Shown here: positions 34,162-44,140 of the stretch, in pieces
Layout: each line of letters opens with the position of its first letter
Position numbering within the stretch: the stretch's first letter is position 1
Assembly (NCBI GenBank): GCA_036170455.1
Contig: JAVHPG010000019.1
Location: 3,736-56,762, forward strand
DNA from: Elusimicrobiales bacterium
GTDB taxonomy: Bacteria > Elusimicrobiota > Elusimicrobia > Elusimicrobiales > UBA9959
Reading direction: 5' to 3'
Length of the DNA stretch: 53,027 nt
Program-made: the position numbers and the translations under genes
Notes under the pieces: generated by a model
The model's input: only the letters and a program-made list of their open reading frames with translations
Databases searched by the model: none
What the model was told of the DNA's origin: nothing

Positions 34162-34389
34162 CTATTCTTTGACCGTAAAGCCTTTGGCGCGCAGCGCGGC
34201 GGCGACTTCGGCCAAGTCGATGCCGAGGTGCCCGCAGCCGGACCTGACCGTCATCTGTTTGCCGTGGCTTTCGCGCATCACGGGGCTCTTCACCCCCATG
34301 AAACCTATCTCGAACAATATGTCTATAAGCTCGGGATATTCCGTGGTCAGGTCGTAAAGCGTCTTGTCCAGGTCAATTGTTTTTGTCAT
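34162..34389 (-). CDS. DUF1858 domain protein
   Basis: IDLDKTLYDLTTEYPELIDILFEIGF...GIDLAEV...GFTV pattern; usual neighbour of DUF438. Confidence 0.8.
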   Translation of the reverse strand: MTKTIDLDKTLYDLTTEYPELIDILFEIGFMGVKSPVMRESHGKQMTVRSGCGHLGIDLAEVAAALRAKGFTVKE

Positions 34390-34390
34390 A

Positions 34391-35545
34391 TTAAGCCAGC
34401 CTCTTTTCGCCTTTTATCTTCTGTATGTCGGTTATGTCCTGCGTCACTTCCAGCGAGCCCTGGTATTTTCCGCCTTCGCCGCGCAGCGCGAAATACCGGA
34501 TGTGGATCACCCTGCCTTTCATGTTTATCCAGAATTCGGCGGAGTTCTTCGAGCCGTCCCTGAAAGACTTTATTATCGTCTCCACCGCGCCCAGGCTCTG
34601 GGGCGGGTGGCAGTTCTGCACTTTGCGCCCTATGATGGCCCGCGCCCGCAGGAAGATCCTCTCCCTGCCCTCCGAGAAGTAGCGCACCGTATCTTCGGCG
34701 TCAACGAAGGTCAGGTCCACCGGCAGGGCGTTGAGTAGCGAAGTCAGTTCCGGAAGCGAGAAATTCCCGCTGGGCAGGTTTATCGCGGCGCCGGAAGGGG
34801 CGGCGGTGTTCAGGCTGATATCCAGCGCTTCGGCCGAGGCGGCCGGCGGCTCGATAAAAATATAGCCTTCGCGGGCGCTCTGCCGGAAGATCTCGGCCCA
34901 GTCGGCGGGCTTGAGCTTCTCCAGCGAAGTCGGAAAGAGGATGTTCTCCTCCTTGAAGATCATCCCGTCCACCTCTTCCAGCAGGTCCGCAGCGGCCGCG
35001 GGGAATTCGGCGGGGCCTGCCGCCAGGGCTTTCTTGAAAAGCTCCCTTACCTCGTTGTGCTTGCCCCACATCACCTTTGAGGGGCCGGAGAAGCCGGCTT
35101 TCTCGAGGAAGGGGAAGAGCATATGCTCTTTGCGCTCATAGTGCTTTTCCACTCCGCGCAGCTCGATGACCAGGTTCTTTACCCAGTCCGCGCCTTTACC
35201 CTCCCTGAGGGAAGGCAGCAGCGCTTTGGCCGCCTCGACGCGGCGCTTTATCTCGGCGTTCTCGGCCTTGAACAGGGCCACCGGGTGGGAAGGGTCGGAC
35301 GGGTCCTGCATGCTCTTTTCAAGCGAGCTGCTGAACAGCAGGGCGTGGACATTGCAGAACTTCTTTATTTCCTCGGCCGGCACGCCGTCGTCCAGCAGCG
35401 ACTGCTCCAGCTCGAAGATCTCCTTGGAGGTGACCGGCCCTATTTCGGCCTCGAACCGCTTCTTCGCCTCCTCCAGCGGCAGCCCGCCGTGCAGCTGAGC
35501 GAGTATCTCTTTTAAAACTTTTTTCCTATCAGGGTATCCGCCCAT
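34391..35545 (-). CDS. DUF438 / hemerythrin-like / PAS domain protein
   Basis: EIKKFCNVHA, HPVALFKAEN, HYERKEHMLFP, VMWGKH, MIFKEENILFP and IIGRKVQNCHPP. Confidence 0.9.
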   Translation of the reverse strand: MGGYPDRKKVLKEILAQLHGGLPLEEAKKRFEAEIGPVTSKEIFELEQSLLDDGVPAEEIKKFCNVHALLFSSSLEKSMQDPSDPSHPVALFKAENAEIKRRVEAAKALLPSLREGKGADWVKNLVIELRGVEKHYERKEHMLFPFLEKAGFSGPSKVMWGKHNEVRELFKKALAAGPAEFPAAAADLLEEVDGMIFKEENILFPTSLEKLKPADWAEIFRQSAREGYIFIEPPAASAEALDISLNTAAPSGAAINLPSGNFSLPELTSLLNALPVDLTFVDAEDTVRYFSEGRERIFLRARAIIGRKVQNCHPPQSLGAVETIIKSFRDGSKNSAEFWINMKGRVIHIRYFALRGEGGKYQGSLEVTQDITDIQKIKGEKRLA

Positions 35546-35658
35546 AGTGCCTCCTGTCAGCTCTTTCCCTCATCATACTAAAAAAGGTCTTTTGCGGGCA
35601 TGGGCAATTACATATAATTTAAGGGTCGCACCATCTGCAAGACCACGGAGGACCTACC

Positions 35659-36864
35659 ATGAGCGTGCTTTCTAAAATCCAGCTTGAAAAATACGCGGAT
35701 ACCCTTATCTGGGGGCTTACCACCGCCCGCCGCAACGCTTTCGAAAAATACGACAATATCCTGCTGCGCTGCGACCTGGAGGCCCGCGAACTGGGCGAGA
35801 TAGTTTACCGCAAGCTGGTGCAGCGCAAGTTCAACGTCACCTTCAATTTCCTGTCCAGCCCCGCGCTCGAGCGGAGCTTCTATGAATTCTCCGACGACAA
35901 GCAGCGCGCCTTCCTCCCCTCCTGGGACAAGGAGCTCTATAATAACCTCAACGGCTATGTGTTCATCCACGCCCCCGCTTCGCTGACCCACCTGAAGGGG
36001 ATAGACACCAAACGGCAGTCCCAGGTGGCCATCGCCCGCAAGCCGCTGTTCAGGATCCGCGACGAGCGCGAAGAAAAAGGCAAGTTCTCCTGGACCCTCT
36101 GTACCTACCCCACAGAAGAGCTGGCGAAGCAGGCCAAGCTCTCCGTAAAGGAATACGCCGCCCAGATAGCCAAAGCCTGCTACCTTAACGAACCGAACCC
36201 GGCTAAAAAATGGGGCCAGATCTATAAAGACACTATGCAGATAAAGAAGTGGATCAGCGGTCTCGGTATAGACACCATCCGCACCGAGTCCAAGTCCATG
36301 GACTTCGAAATAAAGCTGGGGGAGCAGCGCAAGTTCCTCGGCGTCAGCGGCCACAATATCCCCAGCTTCGAGATCTTCACCTCGCCCGACTGGCGCGGAA
36401 CCCGCGGCCGCTACTTCGCCAACCTCCCCGCTTTCCGCGGCGGCAATTACGTCGAAGAGATCAGCCTCGAATTCAAGGAAGGCCGCGCCGTGAAGATCTC
36501 CGCCAAAAAAGGCGGAGAGTATGTTAAAAAGATCATGGCCACCGACAAAGGCGCCTCCCAGCTCGGCGAGTACTCCCTCACCGACCGCCGCTTCTCCCGC
36601 ATCGACAAGTTCATGGCCGACACCCTGTTCGACGAGAACCACGGCGGCAAGCACGGCAACTGCCACGTCGCCATCGGCAACTCCTATACCGACACCTACA
36701 CCGGCAATGTCGCCAGGCTCGATAAAGCGAAAAAAACCGCCCTCGGCTACAACGACTCCGCCGTGCACTGGGACCTGATCAACACCGAAGACAAAAAAGT
36801 CACCGCCACCCTCAAGACCGGTAAAAAAGTCACGATCTACGAGAAAGGCCAGTTTAAATACTAA
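35659..36864 (+). CDS. Aminopeptidase, peptidase family M29 (AmpS/PepS-like)
   Basis: HNIPSFEIFTSP, LGEYSL, TLFDENHGG, HVAIGNSY and NDSAVHWD. Confidence 0.9.
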   Translation: MSVLSKIQLEKYADTLIWGLTTARRNAFEKYDNILLRCDLEARELGEIVYRKLVQRKFNVTFNFLSSPALERSFYEFSDDKQRAFLPSWDKELYNNLNGYVFIHAPASLTHLKGIDTKRQSQVAIARKPLFRIRDEREEKGKFSWTLCTYPTEELAKQAKLSVKEYAAQIAKACYLNEPNPAKKWGQIYKDTMQIKKWISGLGIDTIRTESKSMDFEIKLGEQRKFLGVSGHNIPSFEIFTSPDWRGTRGRYFANLPAFRGGNYVEEISLEFKEGRAVKISAKKGGEYVKKIMATDKGASQLGEYSLTDRRFSRIDKFMADTLFDENHGGKHGNCHVAIGNSYTDTYTGNVARLDKAKKTALGYNDSAVHWDLINTEDKKVTATLKTGKKVTIYEKGQFKY

Positions 36865-36943
36865 GTCTTACCGTTAGATGTCGAGCGGCTGTTGAGCGGC
36901 TTTTGATTTGTGGCATTCAGCGGTATTTGGGATAATACCTACT

Positions 36944-38206
36944 ATGCCTACACTCCTTGCCGCGCTCAAAACCGAAAGAGGCCGACATGTCGCCGGGGCC
37001 GTTTTCCTGGCCGGCATCTCCGCCATGTTCCTCTTCTGCGGCTACGAGTTCATCCGCTCGCCCGCCGAGTCCATCTTCATAGACCAGTTCGGAGCCGCCA
37101 GGAAACCCTACGCGATAGCCTGCGTCCCTTTCATGATGGCCGCCATGATCTACGGCTACGCCCGCCTGCTCTCCGCCGTCGGCGCAAAAAAAGCCATGGC
37201 CGTCTCCATGCTCTCCAGCGCCGCCTTCTTCCTGCTCGCCTGGTTCCTGCTCGGCCGCGCCGGGAAGTGGCTGGCTTTCCTCCTCCTGGTCTTCAAAGAA
37301 TCCTACGTCGTGATAATTTCCGAGCAGTATTGGTCTTTCGTAAACAGCGTCCTCAAGGACGAAGAAGGCAAGATCTTCAACGGCCCCGTCGCCGGCCTCG
37401 GCGCGCTCGGCTCGCTCATCGGCGGCTGGCTGCTGGGCCATTTCGCCGTAGGCCTCGGCACCGATAAATTCGTCCTCTTCGCAGCCCTGATAATAATTCC
37501 CGCCGCCGCTTTCTTCTGGGCCGGCTATAATAACGCCGGCGAGCCCAAGCCTTCGGCGGACGAGGCGGGGGGGAGAAAAGGCCACCTGCACCTGAGCATA
37601 CTTAAAGAGAACCGCACCGTCCTCTTCATAGCTTTCATAATCTTCTCCGCGCAGGTCGTGGCCACCACGCTGGATTTCCGCTGGACCCAGCTGGTGCAGG
37701 ATTTCATCCCGCTCAAGGACGAGCGCACCGCCTATTTCGGGCGCTTCTGGATGAACGTTAACATCTTCTCCTTCTCGATGCAGTTCCTGCTCACCCCTCT
37801 CCTGATGCGCTATATCCCGCGGCGCGGCATACTGGCCACTATACCGGCAGTTCATGTAGTCACCTGCCTGCTGCTGCTCCTGTATCCCTCGCTCGGAGTG
37901 GCCACCACGGCCTTGTTGCTTTTCAAGGGCATGGATTATTCGATTTTCCGCGCGGCCAAGGAAACGCTCTACATCCCGTTCTCCTACGACACCCGCTACC
38001 GCGCCAAGCAGATAGCCGACGCCTTCACCTACCGCTTCGCCAAGGGCCTCACCGCCACCGGCGTGTCCGCCCTTAAAGCCATGGGCTCAATCGCTCCCGG
38101 TTTCTACCCCGCCCTGGGCGCGATTTTCTCCGCCGCCTGGCTTGCCATGTCCTTCCCGCTCACGGCAAAACGCGCGGACGCGGCGCCCGTGAACACGAAA
38201 GCATGA
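36944..38206 (+). CDS. NTT (Npt1/Npt2, TLC-like) nucleotide transporter family MFS protein
   Basis: About 12 TM helices. YEFIRSPAESIF, EQYWSFVNSV, YSIFRAAKETLYIP and YRAKQIADAFTYRFAK are typical of the NTT/AAA family. Confidence 0.75.
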   Translation: MPTLLAALKTERGRHVAGAVFLAGISAMFLFCGYEFIRSPAESIFIDQFGAARKPYAIACVPFMMAAMIYGYARLLSAVGAKKAMAVSMLSSAAFFLLAWFLLGRAGKWLAFLLLVFKESYVVIISEQYWSFVNSVLKDEEGKIFNGPVAGLGALGSLIGGWLLGHFAVGLGTDKFVLFAALIIIPAAAFFWAGYNNAGEPKPSADEAGGRKGHLHLSILKENRTVLFIAFIIFSAQVVATTLDFRWTQLVQDFIPLKDERTAYFGRFWMNVNIFSFSMQFLLTPLLMRYIPRRGILATIPAVHVVTCLLLLLYPSLGVATTALLLFKGMDYSIFRAAKETLYIPFSYDTRYRAKQIADAFTYRFAKGLTATGVSALKAMGSIAPGFYPALGAIFSAAWLAMSFPLTAKRADAAPVNTKA

Positions 38207-38247
38207 CGCCGGCCTGAAATATTTTTAAGTAGGGGAACTGGATGAAA

Positions 38248-38282
38248 CGGGCCGCCTCAAGAGAGAGGCGGCCCGCTTTTTT
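38248..38282. terminator. Intrinsic terminator between convergent genes
   Basis: CGGGCCGCCTC-loop-GAGGCGGCCCG plus a T-run. Confidence 0.75.
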
Positions 38283-39456
38283 ATTTAAGCCCGTTCCAGT
38301 CCAGGGCGGTTATCCTGCGCAGGGCTTCCTTCAGCTTGGCTTCCGGTTCGGTGAGCGAGAACCGTATGTAGCCCTCCCCGAATTTGCCGAAGCCGGAGCC
38401 GGGCGCGGTGAGCACCGCGGCTTTTTCAAGCATGAAAAGGACGGCGTCGAGCGAGGCGCACTTTACGGGCGGCCTGGCCCAGATGAAGCAACTGCCGCCG
38501 GGCCTGGAGAACTTCCAGCCGCTTTCGGTCAGGGCAGCGCAAAAGGAGTCCGCTCTTTTTCTGAACACTTCCCTGATAGGCGGAACTATCGTCTCGTGGT
38601 GCTTAAGCGCGAAAGCGACGGCGTTCTGCACCGCGTTAAAGGGGCCGGAATCGATGTTCTCCTTGAGCTGGTTAAGAGCGCAGACAAGCTTGGAGTTGCC
38701 GACCACCCAACCGATGCGCCAGCCGGCCATGCAGTAGGTCTTGGAGGCGGAATAAAATTCCACGGCCAGGTCCCTGGCTCCCGGAACCTCCAGGAGGCTG
38801 GGCGCGGGCTTGCCGAAATAGATATCGCAGTAAGCCGCGTCCTGCGCTATGATGATCCCGTTCTTCCTTGCCCACTTCACCAGGTCCTTGTAGAAATAGA
38901 GCGAGGCTCCCGCGCCGGTGGGGTTATTGGGGTAATTAAGGAAGAATAGCTTGGTTTTGGCGACCACTTTCTGCGGAATTTTTCCCAGGTCCGGCAGGAA
39001 GGCGTTCTTTTCCTCGAGCGGGACGCCATGGATGCGCCCGCCGGAAAGCAGCACGCCGGTCCGGTAGGTGGGATAGGTCGGGTCCGGGATAAGGCAGTGA
39101 TCGCCCGGGTTCATCACCACGAAGGGCAGGTGCGCTATGCCTTCCTTCGAGCCGATAAGTATCGAAACCTCGTCGTTATAATGAAAATCCAGGCCGTGCC
39201 TTCTTTTGTGCCAGGCGGAGATCTCGCGCCGCAGGTTCTCGTTTCCCTTCGTGTTCGGATACCTGTGGTTCAGGCCCTTGCGCACTTCGCTCACGGCGCA
39301 GTCCACGATGCCGCGCGCGGTGGGGATGTCGGGGTCGCCCACGGCCAGGCTGATGATGTCCCTGCCCTTCGCCCGCTCGGCGCGCTCCTTGCGGTAAAGT
39401 TCCTCGAACAGGAAGGGCTTGAATAATTTAAGTTTTTTGCTGAGTTCTATTTTCAT
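38281..39456 (-). CDS. PLP-dependent aminotransferase class I/II (DapL/AlaC-like)
   Basis: SLAVGDPD, IGSKEGIAH, LNYPNNPTG, QDAAY, SASKTYCMAGWRIG and GEGYIRFSL. Confidence 0.9.
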   Translation of the reverse strand: MKIELSKKLKLFKPFLFEELYRKERAERAKGRDIISLAVGDPDIPTARGIVDCAVSEVRKGLNHRYPNTKGNENLRREISAWHKRRHGLDFHYNDEVSILIGSKEGIAHLPFVVMNPGDHCLIPDPTYPTYRTGVLLSGGRIHGVPLEEKNAFLPDLGKIPQKVVAKTKLFFLNYPNNPTGAGASLYFYKDLVKWARKNGIIIAQDAAYCDIYFGKPAPSLLEVPGARDLAVEFYSASKTYCMAGWRIGWVVGNSKLVCALNQLKENIDSGPFNAVQNAVAFALKHHETIVPPIREVFRKRADSFCAALTESGWKFSRPGGSCFIWARPPVKCASLDAVLFMLEKAAVLTAPGSGFGKFGEGYIRFSLTEPEAKLKEALRRITALDWNGLK

Positions 39457-39497
39457 AAATCGTAGCGGAGCGACGCAGGTCCCGGCGGCGCCGTAAG

Positions 39498-40484
39498 TTA
39501 GAAGGTCATCAGGATAGAGAGGCGGTGCACGGAGCCCAGGTCGCCGAAGGGCGAGAAGGCGTAATCGAACTGGTAGGTCTTATAGCGCAGGCCGCCGCCG
39601 AAGCTCACGTTGCGGGCGCCGCTCACGTCGCTGATCGCGCGCGTGTTGAAGCCGGCCCTCAGCAAGGTGTCCATGTCCTCGTAGACCGGAAGCCTCGCCT
39701 CGCCGCCCATGGCCAGGTAGGGCAGGTTATCGCGCGCCGCCGCGATGTCTCCGGTCAGGTTGAAATAATCCGAAAATTTAGTGACGGTGCCCAGCCGCAC
39801 CATCAGCGGCAGGTTGGCCTGCTCCTTGTCATAGCGCAGCGTGCCCATTATGTTCTGGGCCGTCAGGCTCATGCGGAAGCGGTTATCGAACATGAAGGGC
39901 ATGTTCAGGCCTATGTCGGCGGAAACGGTATTGTCCTCGGAAAGGATCTTCGATTTTATGAACTTGCCGGTGGCGCCCAGCACGAAGCGCTCCTCGGGGG
40001 CTTTGTTGAAGCCGGTTATGTAGCAGGCGAAGCCCACGCTGACGGCTACGTCGTACGGGGTGAAGCTTCCCAGCACCAGGCCGCTCGAGTCGGTCCGGTT
40101 TATCTTGCCGTAATTCATGTATTTGAAAGCCAGGCCCCAGGCGCCCATATCCCCGGCGGTTTCGGCGTAGGCGAAATAATCCGCGAAGGTTCCGGCCAGG
40201 TAGGGAGCGTGCATGACGGCCATGGAATTTTTCTTTATGTAGATGAGCCCCGCCGGATTCCAGTCCAGCGCGAAGGCGTCGTCGGCCAGGGCGGAATAGG
40301 CCTCGCCCAGGCCCGCGCCGCGCGCCCCGGCGGCGATCTTGAGGAACTGCCCGGAGGCGGTGCCGGCCGAGCCGGAGCTGAAGCCGGCGGCGGACAGCGG
40401 CGCCGGCAGGAACAGGGCGCAGAGCAGCAGCACCGGCAATAAAGCCGCGGCAAAAACGCTGTTTTTAACGCCCTGCTTCTTCAT
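39498..40484 (-). CDS. PorV/PorQ-like (UPF0164) outer-membrane beta-barrel
   Basis: QFLKIAAGARGAGLGEAY..ADDAFALDWNPAGL; amphipathic strands; C-terminal DYAFSPFGDLGSVHRLSILMTF. Confidence 0.85.
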   Translation of the reverse strand: MKKQGVKNSVFAAALLPVLLLCALFLPAPLSAAGFSSGSAGTASGQFLKIAAGARGAGLGEAYSALADDAFALDWNPAGLIYIKKNSMAVMHAPYLAGTFADYFAYAETAGDMGAWGLAFKYMNYGKINRTDSSGLVLGSFTPYDVAVSVGFACYITGFNKAPEERFVLGATGKFIKSKILSEDNTVSADIGLNMPFMFDNRFRMSLTAQNIMGTLRYDKEQANLPLMVRLGTVTKFSDYFNLTGDIAAARDNLPYLAMGGEARLPVYEDMDTLLRAGFNTRAISDVSGARNVSFGGGLRYKTYQFDYAFSPFGDLGSVHRLSILMTF

Positions 40485-40495
40485 AAATCCAGCTT

Positions 40496-43400
40496 TTATC
40501 TTTCCACCGCCACCTTCAGGCTCTTCGAAGATTTCTTGTCTTTCGACTGTATGAAAGCGATATAGACGCCGCTGGCCGTATTGCGGCCGTCCCTGTTAAG
40601 CCCGTCCCAGTGCGCCATGCCGTTGACGTCCGCTTTGATCTCGCGCACCAGCTCGCCCAGGAAAGTGTAGATCCTGACTTTGGCGTAAGGGGGCATATTG
40701 GTGAAATGCATCACGTCCGAGACGGAGTTGGGCCTGTAGGGGTTGGGATAGACCTTGACGTCGGAAAGGCCGGCCTCCGGCGACGCCTGCATAAGCTGGA
40801 AGGTGGACAAATGCCAGGTCTGGGCGATCACGCGGTTATTTGCGGTGTCGGACACCGAGGACAGCGGTATCCAGATAGCGTTGGCCTCGTCGAAGAGCGC
40901 CAGGATGAGATTGGTCCGGTCCGTCCCCGGCGGCAGGTCGGCTACCCTGTAGGGCATGGTTATCGTCAAAGGCTTCAGCACCAGCGTGGGGGGGGAATGG
41001 GTTATGACCAGCCCGATGCCGGTCGGGGTAAGCCTGGCCACGGCCGAAAGGGGCGCCGCGAAAGAGGAAGTGGAGGGCTTCAGCGTGAGGACCGTGGAAC
41101 TGCCGATCGAGCCGGGCGGCAGCTGTATGGATATCCGGCCGTAGGAAGTTTCAAGCGACACGAGAGTGTCCTGGCCCGCCACCGCGTTCATCCTGGTTGA
41201 GATCACGGTCCGGGTAGAGCCCGCATATTCATACGTTGAAAGCAGACCGCTCTGGCCCCGGGCCTGGACCTGGACCCAGTATTCGGCGTCTATCAGCAGG
41301 CTGGAAAAAGTGCAGGTCTCAGCTCTTACGGACTGCGAAGAGCTTATCTCCGAAAAATCCGGGTGCGTAGAGACCTGCACATTGTAGACCGTGAAAGAAG
41401 AATTGCCGTTGGGGGTCCAGCTGACCGAGAAGCCGTCCGTCATCAGGTTGGAAAAAGTCTGCAGGGCGGGCAGTATATAGGCGGTCGCGGGCAGGGTAAG
41501 GGCGGTGCCCATCGATACCGGCTCGGCCGGCACGCCGGAGAGGTTGAGCGCTGAAACCTGCAGGTAGTAGCTGGCGTTGGAGACCAGGCCTCCGAAATAA
41601 GCGGTGAAGCCGGTGGTAACCGAAGAAAGCACCGTGCCTGAAAAATACGGGCTGGAAGAAACCTGGGCGCGGTACTGCGTGCCGGGCGGGTTTTTCGGAT
41701 CAAGTACATCGGCCCAGTTCACGGTTACCGAAGAAACCCCGAGGCCGGAGTAGGCCTGGATTTCCGGGTCGTAGGCTCCTGTGGACATGGTAGAGAACGT
41801 CACAACCGGCGAGGTACGGTTGAGGCGGTTGTAAGGGGTTAATTCCGGGTAGTAGGTGGTGTTCGGCTGCAGCGAAGAGAAAGTGGCGTAATTGTTCTTC
41901 GTAGCGGAGGAGTACACCGGCGCCGAGTAGTCGGAATTAGAGGAGATCCGCACCAGGTAGAGAGTGTCGTTCGGGTTGGAGCTGGGCAGCCAGTTCAGGG
42001 TCAGGGTAAGCGGCGTGATCCCTGTATAGTCCGTTTGGACCGGCTGGTTGGCCAGGGTCGCCGTGGCCGGAGTAAAAACATAATTAACGGCGCCTTCATG
42101 GTTCAGCGTCCCCGCGCGGAAGTAGTAGCTGGTATTAGGCTGCAGGCCGTTTATGGTCAGGCGGTCCAGGCCGAGAGCGGCCGTATCCGAAGAGAGCAGC
42201 ACCGGGCCGGGGAAGGACGGCGAGGTAGACGCTTCGAGCAGGTAGCTCTCGGCCGAGGTGCTCTGGCCGCTGTTAGCGAGCGGCGTCCAGGCGACCGTCA
42301 CGCTGGACTGGAAAACCCCCGGGAAGTTGGGGGCGGTGAGAGGCAAGGGCAGGGTCTGTCTGAATTCCGGGACGGTGCGGGTATAGATGGTCGTGCCGTT
42401 ATACAGCGCTCCCTCCCTGAAATAGTAAGTGGTATTGGGGTCGAGCCCGCCGATGATAAGGTTCGAGACCGACGCGCCGGGGGTGGCCGAGCTTTTATAT
42501 ATAACGTCGAAAAAGCGGTAAATGGAGGCTTCCGCCACGTGGGCGTCCGCGTAGGGGTCGGGCGTAAAACTTATTCCGGCGGAGGAGCTTGAGTTCCAGG
42601 CATCCAGTGTAACACCGGCGGGCGGAGCGGGAAAGCCGGTCTTTGTAGAGGGCAGCACCGTATAGTTAGGCGTGTGTTCCCAGTTAAGGGTGCCGAGGCG
42701 CAGGTAATAGGCGGTATTGGCGGCCAGGTTCCCGAGCGTCAGCGTTCTTAACTGGTTCTGGTAAGTGTAAGTGACGGAAGAGACCACGGCTTCGCCGGGG
42801 CCGAAGGGGGAAGTCGAGCCCTCCAGCCTGTAGCCTTCGCAGGCGAAGGCCTGCCAGAAATCCTGGAACGGCGTAAAGCTTACCGTCACTTCGCGGACGG
42901 CCGCGCTTACATCGGCCAGGTCGGGAGAAAGAGGCAGCGCCAGCGTGACCGAAGATTGCGCGGCGCCGTAATTCGCGGCGTAGGCGCTGTTTATCGAGGC
43001 GACCCTGAAATAATATGTCGTGTTAGGGTCGAGCGTCGTTATTGTCAGCGTGCTGAGGTCTGTCCGGTAGGAAGTCGAGGACTGCGGAATTGTGTCTGCG
43101 GTAAAGTTACTGGTTGAAGCCTCCAGCCGGTAGCCCAGCGCGGCCCCGGCGGAGAGGGCCGTCCAGCCAAGCGTGGCCCGGTAGTCGGCCACGGAAATAC
43201 GCGATAAACTTTGCGGTATGGCGGCCAGCGTGGTAAAAGAGCGCGGCGTGGCCAGGTTAGGCGTTCCCGGCAGGTTAAGAGCTCCGGCCCGATAATAGTA
43301 GGTGGTATTTCTCTGCAGGCCGGTGAGCGTGGCGGAAGACGCTGCCGCCGACGCCGTGTTCCAGGCCGAAACAAGGGAGGAAAGGGACGGGTTGTCGTAA

Positions 43401-44140
43401 AGGTTCAGGTTATAGCCCTTTGATTGGAGGGCCTGTATGGAGGCGTCGTTGATAGCCGTCCAGGATACAGTGGCGCTGGTTTCATAGACGGCGTCCGAAA
43501 GACCGGAGAGTTTTACGGCGAGGGTCGCGGTCGAGATCGGGGAGGTATAAGGGGTGATGGTTCCCGATATCCCGCGCGCCCTGACCTTGAAATAATAAGT
43601 GGTGTTGGCGTTCAGGCCGCCAACTATTATCGGGGGGTACCCGTTAAGCGAAGTGGAGGAGAGCGTAAATGCGGCGCTTGTGGAATACTGCAGGTCGTAT
43701 GTGGTCCATTCCGGGTTGGAATTGGTGTCCCAGCCTATGCTGGCCCCGGCGGTGAACGAGGACTCGGCGGTGAAATAGGAGGAGATAGAATAGATCCCGC
43801 CGGGCGTGGCTACCCAGGTGGCGGTAGCCGGGAGGACTTGGGCATAAGCCGATTCCGGTTCGGCGGTTATTTTAACTTTGAAATAGTAAGTGGTGTTAGG
43901 CGCCAGCGAGGGATAGTTGGCCGTGGAAACGGCTATTGAGGCGCTCGAGACGAGCGTAGCGAACGAGGAGGAGGTCGAGAGTACGGCGGTGTAATTTCCG
44001 CCTGGATTAGCCCAAGTGAAATTTATGCTCCCCGTGCTGGCCTGATAAACATAGGGCGCAAGGTTAGTGGCGCGCGCGGGAACAGCCGCTGCCAAAAGGC
44101 AGGCGGCGGCCGCGAGAAGCGTTTTCGCCTTATAAAACAT
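40496..44140 (-). CDS. Large secreted FN3-repeat protein with C-terminal T9SS-CTD/FlgD-like domain
   Basis: Signal peptide and about 10 repeats of L.PNTTYYF.V. C-terminus reads VKVYPNPYRP...VRIYTFLGELVR...WDGLN..G...ASGVYIAFI. Confidence 0.85.
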   Translation of the reverse strand: MFYKAKTLLAAAACLLAAAVPARATNLAPYVYQASTGSINFTWANPGGNYTAVLSTSSSFATLVSSASIAVSTANYPSLAPNTTYYFKVKITAEPESAYAQVLPATATWVATPGGIYSISSYFTAESSFTAGASIGWDTNSNPEWTTYDLQYSTSAAFTLSSTSLNGYPPIIVGGLNANTTYYFKVRARGISGTITPYTSPISTATLAVKLSGLSDAVYETSATVSWTAINDASIQALQSKGYNLNLYDNPSLSSLVSAWNTASAAASSATLTGLQRNTTYYYRAGALNLPGTPNLATPRSFTTLAAIPQSLSRISVADYRATLGWTALSAGAALGYRLEASTSNFTADTIPQSSTSYRTDLSTLTITTLDPNTTYYFRVASINSAYAANYGAAQSSVTLALPLSPDLADVSAAVREVTVSFTPFQDFWQAFACEGYRLEGSTSPFGPGEAVVSSVTYTYQNQLRTLTLGNLAANTAYYLRLGTLNWEHTPNYTVLPSTKTGFPAPPAGVTLDAWNSSSSAGISFTPDPYADAHVAEASIYRFFDVIYKSSATPGASVSNLIIGGLDPNTTYYFREGALYNGTTIYTRTVPEFRQTLPLPLTAPNFPGVFQSSVTVAWTPLANSGQSTSAESYLLEASTSPSFPGPVLLSSDTAALGLDRLTINGLQPNTSYYFRAGTLNHEGAVNYVFTPATATLANQPVQTDYTGITPLTLTLNWLPSSNPNDTLYLVRISSNSDYSAPVYSSATKNNYATFSSLQPNTTYYPELTPYNRLNRTSPVVTFSTMSTGAYDPEIQAYSGLGVSSVTVNWADVLDPKNPPGTQYRAQVSSSPYFSGTVLSSVTTGFTAYFGGLVSNASYYLQVSALNLSGVPAEPVSMGTALTLPATAYILPALQTFSNLMTDGFSVSWTPNGNSSFTVYNVQVSTHPDFSEISSSQSVRAETCTFSSLLIDAEYWVQVQARGQSGLLSTYEYAGSTRTVISTRMNAVAGQDTLVSLETSYGRISIQLPPGSIGSSTVLTLKPSTSSFAAPLSAVARLTPTGIGLVITHSPPTLVLKPLTITMPYRVADLPPGTDRTNLILALFDEANAIWIPLSSVSDTANNRVIAQTWHLSTFQLMQASPEAGLSDVKVYPNPYRPNSVSDVMHFTNMPPYAKVRIYTFLGELVREIKADVNGMAHWDGLNRDGRNTASGVYIAFIQSKDKKSSKSLKVAVER

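Noticed and set aside
34162-35545. DUF438/hemerythrin/PAS + DUF1858 pair as a novel system
   Set aside because: This is a common, widely annotated gene pair in anaerobes, and nothing unusual is visible here.
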